From Rhynchopus sp. YZ270_cl-10 (taxonomy: Eukaryota): a DNA stretch of 64,000 bases. The stretch covers positions 868,001 to 932,000 of the forward strand of contig OZ037844.1 of the NCBI GenBank assembly GCA_964035575.1, read 5' to 3'. The first letter of the stretch is position 1; each line of letters opens with the position of its first letter. The notes beneath the pieces are model-generated. The model was not told the origin of the DNA and did not search any database. It saw only the letters and a program-made list of their open reading frames with translations. The position numbers and the translations under genes are program-made. Of this stretch, positions 45,982 to 60,900 are shown in pieces.

Positions 45982-48900
45982 CTTGTCTGTGAGTGAGAGC
46001 ACTGCAGCCTTCATGAGGTCTTTGTGCGCTGCGTCTGTTGTGCCGTTGTAGTTGATCCAGAAGTCGAGGGTATCAGGGAGGCCTGGGCTGCCTGCGATGG
46101 TGGTGTGCTCTGGCATGTCGATGTTGATGCCGCCCTCTTCACATTCGAAGTCGATGGGGCCTACGTCGTGGCGGAAAGCGTTCCAGAGGCGTTTGATGGT
46201 CGCAAGCTGTGCTTCGAACACTTCTACTTGCCCTGGTGCAACGTGCTGGGACAGAAGCTCCAGTAACGACCGATATGCAATAGGAGATCCTTCACACTGT
46301 CGCAGGCGTCCTGACAGCGCGTCATGAACCGCTAAGGAGAAGTTGACGATCCCCAGGAGGAGTGGCGAGATCAGTGCCAGCTTCTGCACTTCATGCACCG
46401 CGGTGTCAACGAGCTGTGGCTTTCCTTCCCCCCCAAGGGAGTCCAGCTGGCGTAGCGCAACGTCGCCTCGAGGGAGGGTGGTGTTCTTGGTTGCCTCCAT
46501 CCAGACGCAGAGCGCTTTGAGTGTGTGGCACATATCGGATTGGGGGCGGGCGAGGAGAGAGCGTTTTGAGGTGGTGTGCTCCTGCCAGAACTGTTCGACG
46601 ACGCGCTCGGCGTTCATAGCTGCCTCGCGGGTTGTGGAGTGTGGACGGAGGATCTCGGCGTTCTTTTCCGCATCCCCGACCAACAGATCGTATACAAAGA
46701 AGGAGTACACGCGGCTTGCTTCGTCACAGCTCAGCCCGGTCGCGCCACTCATATGAAGGTGGTACGCCATGGAGCGCTCTGTCAGCTGCATCACCATCAG
46801 CTCGTGGTCGCCCAACCCTTTCTGGTATCCGTAGTCGCGTGTCTGTATGGTCTTGGAGAAGAGCCAATTCCACACCGTGTCGAGGGCTTCGGGGAAGAGG
46901 GCAAGCTGTAGCGTGAAGAGACCGAATTCGATGCCCCAAAGGAGGTAGCATGCGCCGGTGCTGAGGACGGGTTGCTTGCATGCATAGGAGTCGAGGTTGC
47001 CTGCAGGGTCCAGTTGTGTGACGCAGTCGAATTTGTAGTTGCCGCCTTGTGCGATGGGTCCTCCGGTTTTGTCTCCCGGCAAGAATTTGTCTCTTTGCGC
47101 ATCAAGATCCAACAACAGCGACCCAAACAACGAATCCGGCAACGCTGCCACGACGCACGCTGTGGTGCACACCATCTGCGTCCACGCGTTTTCAAACCCC
47201 TCTGACAGAGACCCCGACACGCTCAATCCTGCCAACGCGCTTTGCGACAACAACGACAGATCCAACCCCAAATGCAACAACTTCCTCTGCTTCTCACACA
47301 ACCCAAGCTTTTCCCCTATCGCCTCATTGCACGCAATAAGCTTCGCCGACGGATGTGCCTCCTTGACTGCAAAGTAGCATCGGAAGGCGCAATAGAACAG
47401 CAGGGTGCGCATCTTCTCTACGCTCTGCACTGCGTCGAAGAGCGTTGTGGTGACAAACGTTGCAAGGCGGGTGATGTGCGCTGGGTCAGCTTCCTGCGCA
47501 TCAGTCTGCATATGCCTGCGCAACGACAAGAAGTGGTCGTACATCGGATCATTGATTTGATACACAAAAGGCAGGTCACCCGGTTTCGTCGAAAGGGGTT
47601 CTGCGCTTTGACATTTATGCTCCATCGCCGCACCGCACATCTTTACGAGAACACCAATCTCCTCATCGTGTACCTGGTCACGAAGGTATTCTAGCATAGA
47701 CTTCGTGCCCATGCCCTGAGCAGATCCGGTTCCGCTCTCTAGTGTGCGGATGAAGGTGAGTAGGCTGTGTTCGCAGTGTGCGTCAGGAGGCGATCTGATC
47801 AACTCCCTGTCCTCTTCAGACCCGCGCGCCGGGCAGACAAACCCCTCCGGCTGCATCAACTCTTTTGCGACAGAGGAAATCTTCTCAAATCGTGCGTCCC
47901 CTACTACTACTCCATCGGGCACCCATCTGATGTCGTACACATCAGCAGGCCTTCTGAACAGACATGCCAAAGAAAGCACAAAGGCCTCCTCAATGGCAGC
48001 CAATTGAACAATGTGGTACAGCTTTACTGCGCGATTTGAAGCTTCGCTTATACGAACAATCTGTCTGGCACGAATGTCTGCGAATCCTTCGGGTCCGGTC
48101 ACCATGAGAAATTCTGCGTTCAACCCCATGGTTTGATCGAGGGTCAAATCGAACACCGCTGTGTACACATCCTGTCCAAGCACACCATGCATCCCAGCAC
48201 AATACCTCTCCTCCTCGCGTACATCATTCCCACACCGCACTGCGGCGCTGTACACCGCATTTGCCAATCCAATCCAATCCTTTTCAACCCCTTCCAATGG
48301 TGGGGCCAACCCTGTCAGCACCCTACAGGCAGTACCCCTCGAGACATACTCCGACCTCAATAGACCAAGCACATATGCCACCAACCCCGGGATACACAAA
48401 CTATTCGCATTCAACTGCATCAATGTCAACGCCACAGCAGACGTGGCCTGGGGCACATGCTCCACTACCTCCTCGAGATGCTTCAAAGAGACCGGGAAGG
48501 TTTCGCAGACACTCTGTGCAACGAAGGTTTCCACTGCGGATAGGGCTGTGTCTGGGAGGGGTGGGTGTGGCTCCTCCCCCTCCCTTTCTTTGGGTTGTGT
48601 GAGGGTGATGTCTTGCTCCAACACCTTAGCGGCTAAGAGAAGTGCAGGGAGGGTCTTGCTAGACGCAATACGGGCCATATCAGTACGATGACACAACGAA
48701 GAGACGCAGGTCACAAAGCGGCGGCGGCCTGGGTCGTCGATAATAAGGGTTGGTACACCTGCAGCGAGGATGGCGGGGCAGAGCTCGTTGGTGATGAAGT
48801 CGATGTCGTGTTGGGTGACCATATCGGGTTCTTGCAGAGAGAGGGCGTTTGTGATGGAGAGTGGCATCATGGCAAGGATGTACGCTTTCATCTCCTTCGC

Positions 48901-51900
48901 GTGTATTGTGCATAAGGCATGAACTGTCCACACCGTTTCGTTGGTATTGAACACTGCATGGTGGAGACGGCGTGCGATAGCAAGAACCCATTTGACGACA
49001 GCACTGCATATTGCAGGATCATGGTGACGTACATGGCGCCGTACGCAGTCACTAAAGAAGTGCAAAACGGAGTTGGGGTCAGACTCAACTAACGCTACGA
49101 TCTCAGCGATTGAGGTATGTGCATGGCGTGTCTTGAGTGCGGCCGCTTCTGCAACGGTGTCTACTGCGTGAGGGGGGATGTGCAGAATGTCCATCAAAGC
49201 GCGTGACCCTGGTAGTGCTGGAGGGGATGCACCGACGAATAATGGAGGCAAATTGTTGATCTGGGTCCACCGAAGCTGGTCGAACGTTGTGCGCTGCATG
49301 GCATGGCTCAAGACCATGCTCAGGAGTGTGTCGCATAATGCAAGCTTCGTTTCGTCTGTGTCACCTAAGAAGGCGGATGCGGTTCTGTCGTCCAGCAAAA
49401 ACCACAAAGCGTGCGCAAGAAGTGTGCAGGGCGATTTATGTTCTTCGTCAATAAGGCGTTGTGCTAATGACACTGCGGCGCCTTCTTGTTGTGCAACTTC
49501 GTGCGCCATCGCGACCAATCCTTGCGCGGTAGGCAAACGGCATCGGTGAAGCGTCAAAAGACACCGCCGCACCCTCGGACAGCGATGCAGGAGGAGACGC
49601 GCTGTGGCAACCTGCTCCCCAAATGCGGTTTTCGGTTGGTACAGTGAGGCCGCTCCGTCGGAATCATTGACAAAAACCCAACGACTTTGCGCTTCAAGCT
49701 GTCCCTGCATCAATGCGTTGATCGCCTGATGCAGCACTGCGTCCATATCACCCCACTCCGGCTGCGCCCTCTCAGGACGCCGTCCAATCACACTCTGTGT
49801 AACGTACAACAGCAGATCCGATGAAATCTTCTCTGCCCCTGCATCAATGTAGACCTCCCCCCACCCTGTACCATAGAGTGGTGTGCACCGTGCCCCCCTT
49901 GCAAGGTTCGATGAGTGGTATAACTGCAACAATACCACCGCCTTTCCGGAGCGTGATGTGCATATTTCTGGCGGGGATTCAAGCAAATTGCGGAGCTCTC
50001 TGCATTCAGGCATCCCCAACGACTCCGGCTCCACCACCACAACAAACACATGCGAGGTCGAATCGACACAGAACTTATACACAGCCTCCTCAAAGTCCTC
50101 CCCACCACACTCCGACTCATGCAACCAGGTACTGCTCACTGTATGACATCCGGGGATGTCTGCCAATAGACTCGCAAAGTCCGCGTTGGCAGGGGAATAC
50201 ACTATGGTACGATCCCAGGTGTCATTTGGACTGCGTGCGGTGTCGTCGCAGACGTGCCGGATGTAGGCGCTGAGACCCCAGGGTTGGAGGTCACGGAAGT
50301 AGGCGCGGACGTAGGCGGGGGATTCTTGCTTGAGGACGTCTTGGGCGTGGAGCATGGCGTCGGGGACGAGGAGGTGGAGCAGCTTCATGGTGGCGCTGCG
50401 CCAGAGGGAGGTGCCGCCGTCTTCATCGTAGAGGAAGTGCTGCAGGGCGACGTCCTGCGCGAGGCGTGTCGACAGTGCGAAGGGCTGCAGTGACCCCGTC
50501 TGCATCATCTCCAGGAGCAGAGAGTTGAGCGTCTCTGCAGGGACATCGCTGAAGACGCATCGGTTCCGTGAAGACAGTGCTGTAGTGAACTCCTCTAATC
50601 GCGCTCTGAGTGCAAGCGCGCGGGTGCAGTCCTCCGTCGACAGCTTTGCCAATGCATGCTCCAAAACCTCATGAGTAGATAACGTAAATTTTTCCAATCG
50701 ATTAAGATACGGAGCAGGAAGCAGTTCATCGCGCCCAGCCAGCTCCCGTTTTGTGACGTGAACGATGCACTGAAAGTCTCGGTGGACCCTTTTGTATTCT
50801 AAAGCTGCGCCGATCGCGACGGCAACGAAGTGGAGCACATCGCCTTTTCCATTACTCGCAACGACATACGATTGGTTGAACACATCAAAGAGACAGCCAT
50901 CAATGGCACGGGTATTTGTCAGCCACACTGTACGCCCTGTTTCCATGGCAGCGGTGATCTGCGATACTACGGTAACCGGCATTAACTCATCTCCCTGAGA
51001 CAGTGCGGACAGCGAGAACACCTGGACATCTTTGAGCTGCGCGATACCACTGTGTTTTAAGAGCTGCAGCATGCTGCCGTCATCGGTGTTGTCAACGAGA
51101 AGCTTGAAACGTACCCACATATCATTCAAATTCTTCCCAGAAGCGCCTGCTGTTGCACGGTTGTTGTCAAGAATGCTGTCCACCACTACGTCAAGCTTCT
51201 GCCTCAACCTTCCCTTCAATGCTTCATATGAGTACTCTTCCCCGCACACCTCAAGCGCATTTCCAAACGACTCCAACACCCGTTCAAACATTTCTGTCTG
51301 TCCATTAAAGTTCCGTTCCAACGCCGCAGTGATAACCTCAGGAGTAACACTGACCAACGCAGTGTCGGGTTGATTCCTCTTGATGTACCGCATCAAATGA
51401 AACAAATCCCTCAACCCATACCACCAACATAGATCCCCCCCTTCCGCTAGCAAGCTATGAAATGCATTACAGCAGGCAGGCACCGCTTTGCAGGCCAAAG
51501 GGGTCAGACCATTTACCCCTTGGGGATGTAAAATTCCGGCGCACATACGAGACAGCTCTTCTGTATGAGGTTGTGCCATGTATACTTCGACGCAACGGTT
51601 ACCAATGGCAGGGTCCAACGCTTGGTTGGTCATAAGAACAGAGGCAATGGAGCATCCTTCTAAATAGTAGTGCAAAACTTTTAAAGCGTATTTGCGTTCG
51701 ACACCTTCCCCCTTGATAAGCCCCGCTTCATCAACAAAGAGAAGGCATCGTTTATGTCTCTGACCATGACTATCATGGTTGCGTTGTCCTTGATACGCTT
51801 CTTCGCACTTCTTTTTAATTTCATCAGCGCTGCTCTGCGCCGATCCTTGGTATCTGCACATCTCAGAGATTGTACAGAGCGATCCCCAAAATTCTCCTCT

Positions 51901-54900
51901 ACCAGTCATATTATCGCGAATTATGTTGTTCGAAAGGGTTTTTGAGGTTCCCGGAGGGCCATGAAGGATTACGGCCATTCTGTTGTCGAAGCAGACCATT
52001 TGTACAAAGAGGTTTTCACGGAGGCCGTCATGGGCGTAGACTGCATCGGGAAGCGAAAGGTGTGGTCCGCAGAAGTGGCAGACCGCGCTTTGCACTACAT
52101 CCGCAAAGGTTATCCCATCGGGAAGACCGCGTAACTCTCCCTTTTCTGCGGCCTGAGATATCGCGGTGGTTAGCTCTGTGGAAAGCGTTTTGCGGTCATC
52201 ATGCGCAAGACGGAAATAGTACGACACCGCCACTCCTAGCAGCATAGAGGACAATGCCAAATCCCATATATCCGTCGACTGCGTCGGAAGGTTGTGAACA
52301 AATTCCTGATCCCTTTTAAAAAAAAATTCGAAAATTTTGACCGCACGGTGTACATCCCGCTGTGATACCGTCGATCTCTTTCGAAGACAGAATTTTTGCA
52401 CCGCACGATGCGCGAGGAGGAGGAGGTACGCAAGAAGGTCTACTTTATTTTGCGCAATTTGATGTTTGAAGATGATGGGGTTGGAGGCGACGAGACGTGA
52501 AATGAACATTGCTCTTTGGTGCTCCGCAAGCTGCCGCCAGGAGATAATATGCTCCATCAACGATGGGGGCATTGGGGTCACGTCAAACCCTAAAATGTCA
52601 TCTGCATCTCCGGATGCGGAGTCCACATCGCCTTCTAAAGCTGCCTCCTTTTTCGCAGGGTTGATCGCTCCTATGAAGGCGACATTAGGTGGCAAATATC
52701 CTGCAGATCCTGGGCAATATGCATTCCACATATCCCACCACCGATCCACCACAATCCTCTTCACCAAGCCCAACATATGAGTTGCATTCATTTCATCCAA
52801 CAACACAATAAATTGAATATCCGGGCTTTTCAATGCCGCATCTAAGATAGGTCGCATCTCCTCAAACAGCATGCTTGGTGTCATATAGTAACGCATCAGA
52901 ACGCATTTTGAGGACGATTTTCTTTCCATTGACAGATAAATTGATATCAGATGCGCCAGATCGTCTCCCGACGGTCCATTTGGACCATCTCCTTCTGCAA
53001 GAATCCTGAGAAGTTCTGGAGGGGGTTGAAGAAGGGGTGACTCTTGGAGCTGCTCCCTCATATGGCTTCGGATGAGTTGGGTAAGCGCTGCACCATTTGT
53101 AACAGCACGACCAACCGCTTCACGTGCCCATGCTAAAGCTGCTTCAACTTTTGGCTTAGATTCCAACGATTTGCGTACAAAGTCAAACGCGGCACGTCCT
53201 GCTAACGCCTTCATTTCATTCGATTGCAATACAGTTTCAATGCATTGTTCAACCTGAAGGTTGAGTATCCCACCGCCAATCCGACGTAACCAGCGTCGCA
53301 TCGCTTCGATATGCGTGAACACATCTTTGCAGTGCACATCTCCTACTAACGTCTGAATCTTTCCACTTAATATAGCTTCCCTCGCTTCGCGCTCCTGTGC
53401 CATTGGTGCCCCCGCCTGGCGTTGAGGGCTAGTTGGAGTAGGAGAAGGGGACGAGGCACGCTCATGAGTATCGGTTGCCTCAACAATCTGTGGTCCTAAA
53501 CTTGACATGAGTGCGGAGACAATGAGTTGGAGACTGCCAAGGCATTTATGCTCGAGAAGGGCTTTGAGGCAGACCTGGACGCGGTCGGTGTTTTCTGCGT
53601 TCCATATAACCCGTTCAATGCCGCCAACCATGTCAGAAATGTTGTTCGGAAACATCTTTCGCACATCGCTGTTGAGACGGAGAAACCCCATCAGCTGCTG
53701 TTCAATGTCTACGAATCCGCGGCGTTGCTTTGTACGCGATGGAAGCTGGAGGAGGTCTGCAAGCATTGTGATAGCATAGCTCTTTCCTGTCCCGGAAGGG
53801 CCCTGGAGGATGGCCGGGTCGCGAAGGTGAATCCGGCTGTTTACTTGAAGCAGCTTTTGGAGGAAGTCTGGGATGATGACATAGTTCTTTTCTGCGAGCT
53901 TTGAGGCGCAGGTTTTGATGTGTTGAATATGCAGCTCATCTGTCAAAACATCTACAAGCTGATGCGGCGGGGTCGCTGCCTCAAATCGCAGGACCGGGGG
54001 AGACATGGAGGAGAACTTCTCGACGGCGGCCTTCCACTCTTGCACGGCCGCTTCGATGTGGGGCGGGGTGCTCCCGGACAACTGCGTCATCACCACCCTC
54101 CTATGCCCACCACTCTCAAACACCTTCATATGAAAATGATCAGGATCCGACGGATTCACAAAATGCCGCATTTCATGCGCAATGCTTAATGCCTCCAACA
54201 TCCGCATCTCCTTTTCCGCAAGGTTACGACTCGATGTCGGATTCTGCGGCAACGCACCTGCCGCAAATCTAAGAGCACGTGTCAACAGACGTGCCGGAAC
54301 TTTCATCAGCATTGCAGTAAAAACCGCTTCTTCTTCAGCATCTTCCGGCCGTTCGGACAAACCCATTGCAAGCATACGAAGTGCAAGATCATGATCACGG
54401 AAGAGATACTCAAGGGTGGCAGTGAGGAAGGTCAATGCTTCTGCACCCCGCTCCACCGCTTTGATGTCGTATGGCAGCAGCTGGCCCTGCTCTGCGAGAC
54501 CACGGCACGAAAGCAACGTGATGTCGCTCGAACCGTCGTTCCTCCTCCACGCCGGAAACGCCTTGCCCACATCCCCTGGGGGCTCTTGAAACTCCACCAC
54601 CAAATGCCACCCTGAGCTAGGCGTCACCACCGTCAACCCCGACTGCGAAGTGATCCTCCCCAACAACGCCAAGCCATCCAACACTTTGTTCACAATATGC
54701 GGGTCAGAGTCGTACGCGACGTTGACTATCAGCAGGCCCTTCTCTGCACGGAGCGGTGCCATAAGGCGGACACACACATCCTCTGTACACGTTTTGGTGC
54801 TGTCAAGATCAAGGCGGGTTGGTGTTAGAGCACCCCAATGCCCTTTGCGTACCATTTGTTCGATTGCAAAGGATTTTCCGGTGCCTGTTGGATGGTCAAA

Positions 54901-57900
54901 ATAGGTGACGGAGTCGAATTTGCGGAGGGCTATGACACGGTCGTGGGCCCAGCGGCGCCAGCGGACGTCGCAGGCGTTGTTGTCCACAAAGTCGACGCTC
55001 TCGCTTGCGGTGCTGGCCTCGGTGATGAGAGCTATGAGCTGCTTCCCCTGCACCACTTCCTCCGCAGCACGACGCACCTCATTTTGCAGATCCGGACCCA
55101 ACACCTGCACATTAAACACAACCAACCTCCCTTTGCGCATCAACTTATACATCACAATGAACGCCCGCACATCCTCTGGTGGTGTATGCTCATCGCAGTC
55201 AAGGATGTGATAAGGTAGTGCATTTCCTTTGAATAAAGACAACGCAAAGACACGACGGTCGGAAGGTGTGAGGCGCGATGTGTCTACAACATTTGCATCA
55301 ATGCTTTTAACCTGGATAAGACCGTATTTGGGTTCGGTTGGATCATAATTATCTGCTTCAAGCACTTCATCGGGTCGACCAAACTGTGTTTTCAGCTTTC
55401 TCAACAGCTTTCCGATGCACGTTAACTGCGCTTTCGCTGCTTCTCTGGTTGCAATGATCGCGTTCTCTGCGTTGTCCCAGGACATTACCAATTCAACACC
55501 GCTGGTGGACCCTTCAGCAGACTCCTCCAAAGCGACACGCATTTGTGGTGCTCTGCTTGCTGCCCCTGCAGCATTTTTCACGATGTGCCACCCAGCAAGC
55601 TCCTGCTGGGTCATGCTGTCAAGCATATCCTCCTCCACCCTTTCCCTCTCCGCCCCACAGCTTTCTTGCGCACAGAGCCGTTCCTCTGCACCGTTCATGC
55701 TGTGGCACACCACACAATGCCATGGCGCAGAGTCAACGGTCGCGACAGCACGGACGCTGGCTCGTAACGCAACGTGGGCGGCCCCTGGGGTGTCGTCAGA
55801 TGTCACCGCAATCCGATCGTCCATTCTCCAACGCACTCCGTCCCCCCATGCCCAGGTCTTACAGTGTGATGGCAACGCCGCAGGCTCAAGCGACATAAAC
55901 ACCGCACTCTTCTCCTTCCACACCACCCAGCTGTTGATCTGTACATCAAACCCGAGGGTATACACCTTATCCACACTTTGATAGATAATCGAAGCATGCA
56001 GAGTGTCCTCAGGGGAACGTTGAAGCCGTATCGCACTGTGTTCTGGCACGGTGAGGAGTACAGAAGAAGGTGCAGCGGAGACGCCTTGTACAACCGACCA
56101 CTGCCTTGCCACGGTTCCGAGGTGTTCCGACACATCGCAGGTATCACTCCAGGCAAACGGCGTCTCGACCACATCCCCGATACACCAACGGCCGCTCCAA
56201 TGGAATAGGTGAAATGCTTCGTCGCTTCTGGTGTAGGTCGGTGCGCACCGTTCGTACACCCCATATAGTGCGCTGTTCTGCGCTGGGGACATGGTAGGCT
56301 CTGTTTGATGTCCACCTTGCGCAGGTACTCCCTTAATAACAACGGCAGGAACCGTATCAAGCACCTTCTTCTTCGGTGTAGGAAGCAGACGACACTCCAC
56401 ATCAACATTGGGCAGAACACAGTACGGCACCAACGGCCCCTGGATGCTGGGGAGGTCCTCGACACTGCTGGAGTGCAGGATGCGGTCGCCGTTCTTGAGA
56501 ATCTCGATGGTGCCTTCTCCGAGGTCCAACTCGAAGGTAATGACATCATGACTCGAAAACTGCACCTTCTTTTTGGGGGTATACAAAATCCGATTTTCCT
56601 TTAGCCCAAAGATATTGCCATCAGGGCGTATGGTTAATCCAAACAGCGCGGTTTCGCTGTCATATTGCCGGTCAAGAAAGACGGCTGGCGGTGCCACCCC
56701 TACAAGACATTCTTGGATAGACTGTCCAGTTAACTGAAACGAAAAGGTGTGAGGTCCTGGACCACGCAGTACCGCTTCTCCTACAGCAGCTGCAGCCACA
56801 CCGCTTTTCCCTTCTCTGACAATACGGCGTGCGATGGAGACATCTTCTCCTACTTCAATTAGAGGAGAATGACGTAATACACTCCATTTGCAAGCATCGA
56901 CCACTGGAGCGCCAGGACTAAGCTCAACACTCGCAGTTTCTTGAAGGAGGAATACCACCGGGCGAAGAGCATGCCCCGGTAAACCCTCAAACCCAGACGC
57001 AAGACGTTCCCCATTTAAGTCAAAAAACGCCTTCCCAAACTGTCGTGTAACCGTAACGATGTCTCCTGAGCGGTATGGCTTTGCGACTCCCACATCATGA
57101 CCCGCATGCCGAAGCAAGCCACAACGGAGATACCACCAAACGTGCTTAGAATTTTCTACATCCTCGGATGGATCAAAATCTGGTCCACAAAGACCTACCT
57201 TCATTCCGTGAATGTTACCAGAGATTCTAACCCTCCAAATCTCCCCAGAGGCGAGAGAGAGGATGGTGGAAGGTGGCCCTGGTGTTTTGACGACAATGCG
57301 TTGGGACGGTGTGAGGGTGGTATTCGGTGATGGCTGCCAAACCCAAGAGGGGGTGACGGTAATGCTAAAGGGGTTGCCCTGGGAGGTTGCAGCGTGTGTG
57401 AGTTTATCTTGTAGCATCTCCGGAGTACCATGCTCATTGTTAACCGCCAGTATCCGCATCCCCTGCTCAAGCCCAATGCTCTCCCATATCATGCCCTCCT
57501 GCACTGCCACCTGGTCGATCCATAATGACCCTTCCCTTCCCTGCAGTTTAAGCCCATTCAAGCTGCGTGCTCCAATCACACTGACGGTTTGCTCGCTTTG
57601 TAGCCCTCCGGTGGACCAGACTAACTGTCGGTGATGTCCGTCCCCTTTTTGTACCTTTACTGATAGGACTGCTCCGTCCTCTCCAGTAGGGTCTCGCCAA
57701 TCTCCCATTTCCCAGGGTGGTGCGACGTTGTCGTGTAATGATACGCTGCTTAGTAAGGTTTTTGCGTTGGGTTTGTCGTTCTCATAGACTACCCAGGCGC
57801 CCTGAGAAGGGCATAGAATTGCATCAGAGTCGGTTCGTTTGTAGCACCAAAGCCCTTCTGTGTAACGTCCATCGGCTGGTCCGGTTCCTTCGAGAATGAG

Positions 57901-60900
57901 GCTGACTTCGGAGGAAAGATTATACTTTGTGTCAACAACGCCAACAACGGAGTGAGGAATCGATAGATTGGTGGGGCGCGGTGTGGGGAGTGTTGCAACG
58001 TCGCTTTCATATTGGGTAGCGGTGATGAGGGTAGGGGAACGACCTCGGGGACGGCGGAAGGAGGAACACAGTAGGTTTGCCTCATCGATGGTAACATCCC
58101 CTACGCTTCGTACACTCCGTAGAAGCTCTGCCATTCTGACCAACTCTGCTGGGGCAGCGCAGGAAAGCTCTGGAAACTCCCGGCAAGCTTCAAGAAAAAC
58201 ACTATTATGCAACATACTGTCGCTAGCCCATTGCCCCTGAACTGCCTGCAAATATTTTGCGATTCTTTGTGCATCATCATGCGCAAAGGAGAGCCTTCTA
58301 CTCCTAAACTCTAAATGGCCTTCCGCGAAGACTTTGCATGCCGCATTAAACGCACGCAATACTTCCCTCGCTTGAGAGACAAAATCGGAGAGGGTTGGGC
58401 TTAACTCCTTTTGAAGGGTAGCACGGTATATTATATCACGGTATTCAGATCCATTGCGGGTTGTGTTTCCGTAACGGCATTCAAGACTGACCTGTCCAGT
58501 AGGAGGAAAGTGGACTACGATTTGCGCAGGAGGAGGTGGTGGTCCAGCGTTTTCGATGTCTTCTGCTAGGCCTGCAACCATGCGGCATTCTTCGATTAAT
58601 TTGTCGGTCGTTCCGTTTTGTTCTTTAATCATGACCTCAAGTTCTCCGATGTTATCTTGGCCAGACATTTTCAAGAGCATTTCTCGAATAGCCGCAATGC
58701 TTTCAAACCCGGTATCACCAAACGCCTTATTCAGACTCTCCCAGAACCCAATAGATTCGCCCGATGAATTGCAAATTGGGGGGCGCAGGACTACCCCCGT
58801 TTCGGCCCCTTTCGCTAAGGCTTCTTGTTGTTCGTTGTACATAGTGACATGCTTTTGTGATGCAGCGACAAATGGATTGATATAGGCACAACAATTCAAA
58901 AAGGTTTGAAAGCAAGCATGCTGCATATCCCTCGAGTTCGACAGCACGCTGGATAATCCTGCGTCTTGCGCTTCAGGGTTTTCTCTGGTAAAGCGAACCA
59001 AACTGGGACATTGCAACACAGTATCAATAATCTGCAGGACCCGGTGTTGGCAGCCGCTTGAACATTTCAAAACCTTTTGCACTTCAGCCTCAGCGTTGCC
59101 TAGGGTTAGCGAAGAATCGTTCAGCGTCAGCAACACTTTGTCCTCCTCCGAGAAAAACGTTTTGTGCAGTGTCAGCTCCTCCGGCGGTGAGAAGGCGAGC
59201 TTTCTGAATGCACCCAAATCATGCAAGATGAAGTTCAAAGGGATTGCCCCATGCAGCAGAGCGTGGATGACGTCCTCCTTACAGTGCAACGCTTGGAGCA
59301 GACGACGTTCCTCGTCTAACCTGCCTTCAGAGTAATCACAGTCTGGTGGATGCAAGGAGGCAACTGCGTCGCTGAAGAGGGTGTTCAGAGAGAGTGAGCC
59401 TACGCCTAGACATGCGTTGTGGAAGGCGGGGGCAAAACCCTTGAGAGGAACCGTCGCGCCTTTGTTTTGTGTGATGAAGAAGGCCTTCACGATGGGACTG
59501 GAGACGGACCCTGGCAGGTCGAGGGCGGGTTTGAGAAGAATCTTGCATTCGTGGCAGAGTTCTCGGAGTTCATCGAGGGGGACCAGGTCGCGTTGACGGA
59601 TGGTCGATTCGAGCTTTGGGAAGAGGGATTGCTCGTCACTGACGTGCCAGTTGTGGATAACTTCTTTGAGCATGTGGATGACGTTCTCCAGGTCTTGAAA
59701 GGTGGCCTCCAAAGCCGGTCGTGTGTCAGCAAGGACCACGTTGTTTTCATCAAGGACTCTGCTATGTTTCTCCATGTTGCGTAGTTGGGTCAGCGAGATG
59801 CGGTTGCTCTTAATGCGTCCCTGGAGTTCGCAGCTTGCGTTCTCAACGCGTTTGAGAAACGGGATTGACTCCGCAAAGCGTTGTTGTAGACCTTGTAAGG
59901 TGGGGATGCTGATTGGTACAATGTCCCATTCGACCTTGCGCATTTGAAAGTAGTTGCTTAATAGTCGTTTTGCAGCTTCTCTGCGAATGCCGGTTAGAGA
60001 GTTGAGCAAAATGGTCTTCTTCGCACCTTGCCCGCATTTGTTCAGTAGAACCCATTCGTCAAGCTGTTGCAGGGATTTGAATTTGGCAGATTTAAGCATT
60101 CTTTGTGACGCAAGAGACCAGAGGTCGAGGAGAAAGGCTTCGTAAGGCGTGAGTGGGTCTGCCACCTGTCTGTCGGAGAGTATCTGTTGGATGACGCTAG
60201 CAGAGCCGCGTCCGGGGTTGAGGGCAGAGGCGTCCCAGCCGGTAGCAATATCGCGCAAAAGCTTGTGGCAGCTGTTGATCGCTTTGATCCCCCACCCCAT
60301 CGGGTCGGCGTCGCCGGTTTTAATGAATTCTCCCGAAATTTCGACGTTGTTGCTGTACCACGTTGCGTCGAGCCGGTCAGAGCATGCAGGGCTCCGCTGA
60401 CGAAGCACCACTGTCAACCCACCACGCACCGTATCAATACTCTCATGCCCTGGAGTAGCATTTGCAGCAGCACCGTTTGGAGTGGCCCCTGGGGTGCCTG
60501 GATAGGTGGGCATACGGAAGCCTATTGTGAAGCTTAATGAGTTGCCTTCGTATGCGGTGCGAAGCACCTCGGCATGCGAAAAGCTGGGGTGGAAGAGCAA
60601 GACGTGGTAGCCTGCAATGAGGATACAACCTTCGTAGATGTCATGACTGCGGCCTCTCTGCCACGTCCATAGACCGTCGTAGGCGTTTGTGGTGACTGCG
60701 TCAAGACATTGTAGGATTGCGATTGGTTCGTTCCCGCCACCTAGCTTCGTTTCGTGCAGCGATACGTAGTGTAATACAGAGACGGCGTCTTTAGGTTGGA
60801 TGGGTATGTCTGCTTGAAATGCAAGCGCTAACAACGAAATCAACTTCATAGAAGGCCTAGCCTTAGCCTGGTTGATCAGCCACCCATTCGTCCCAAATAC

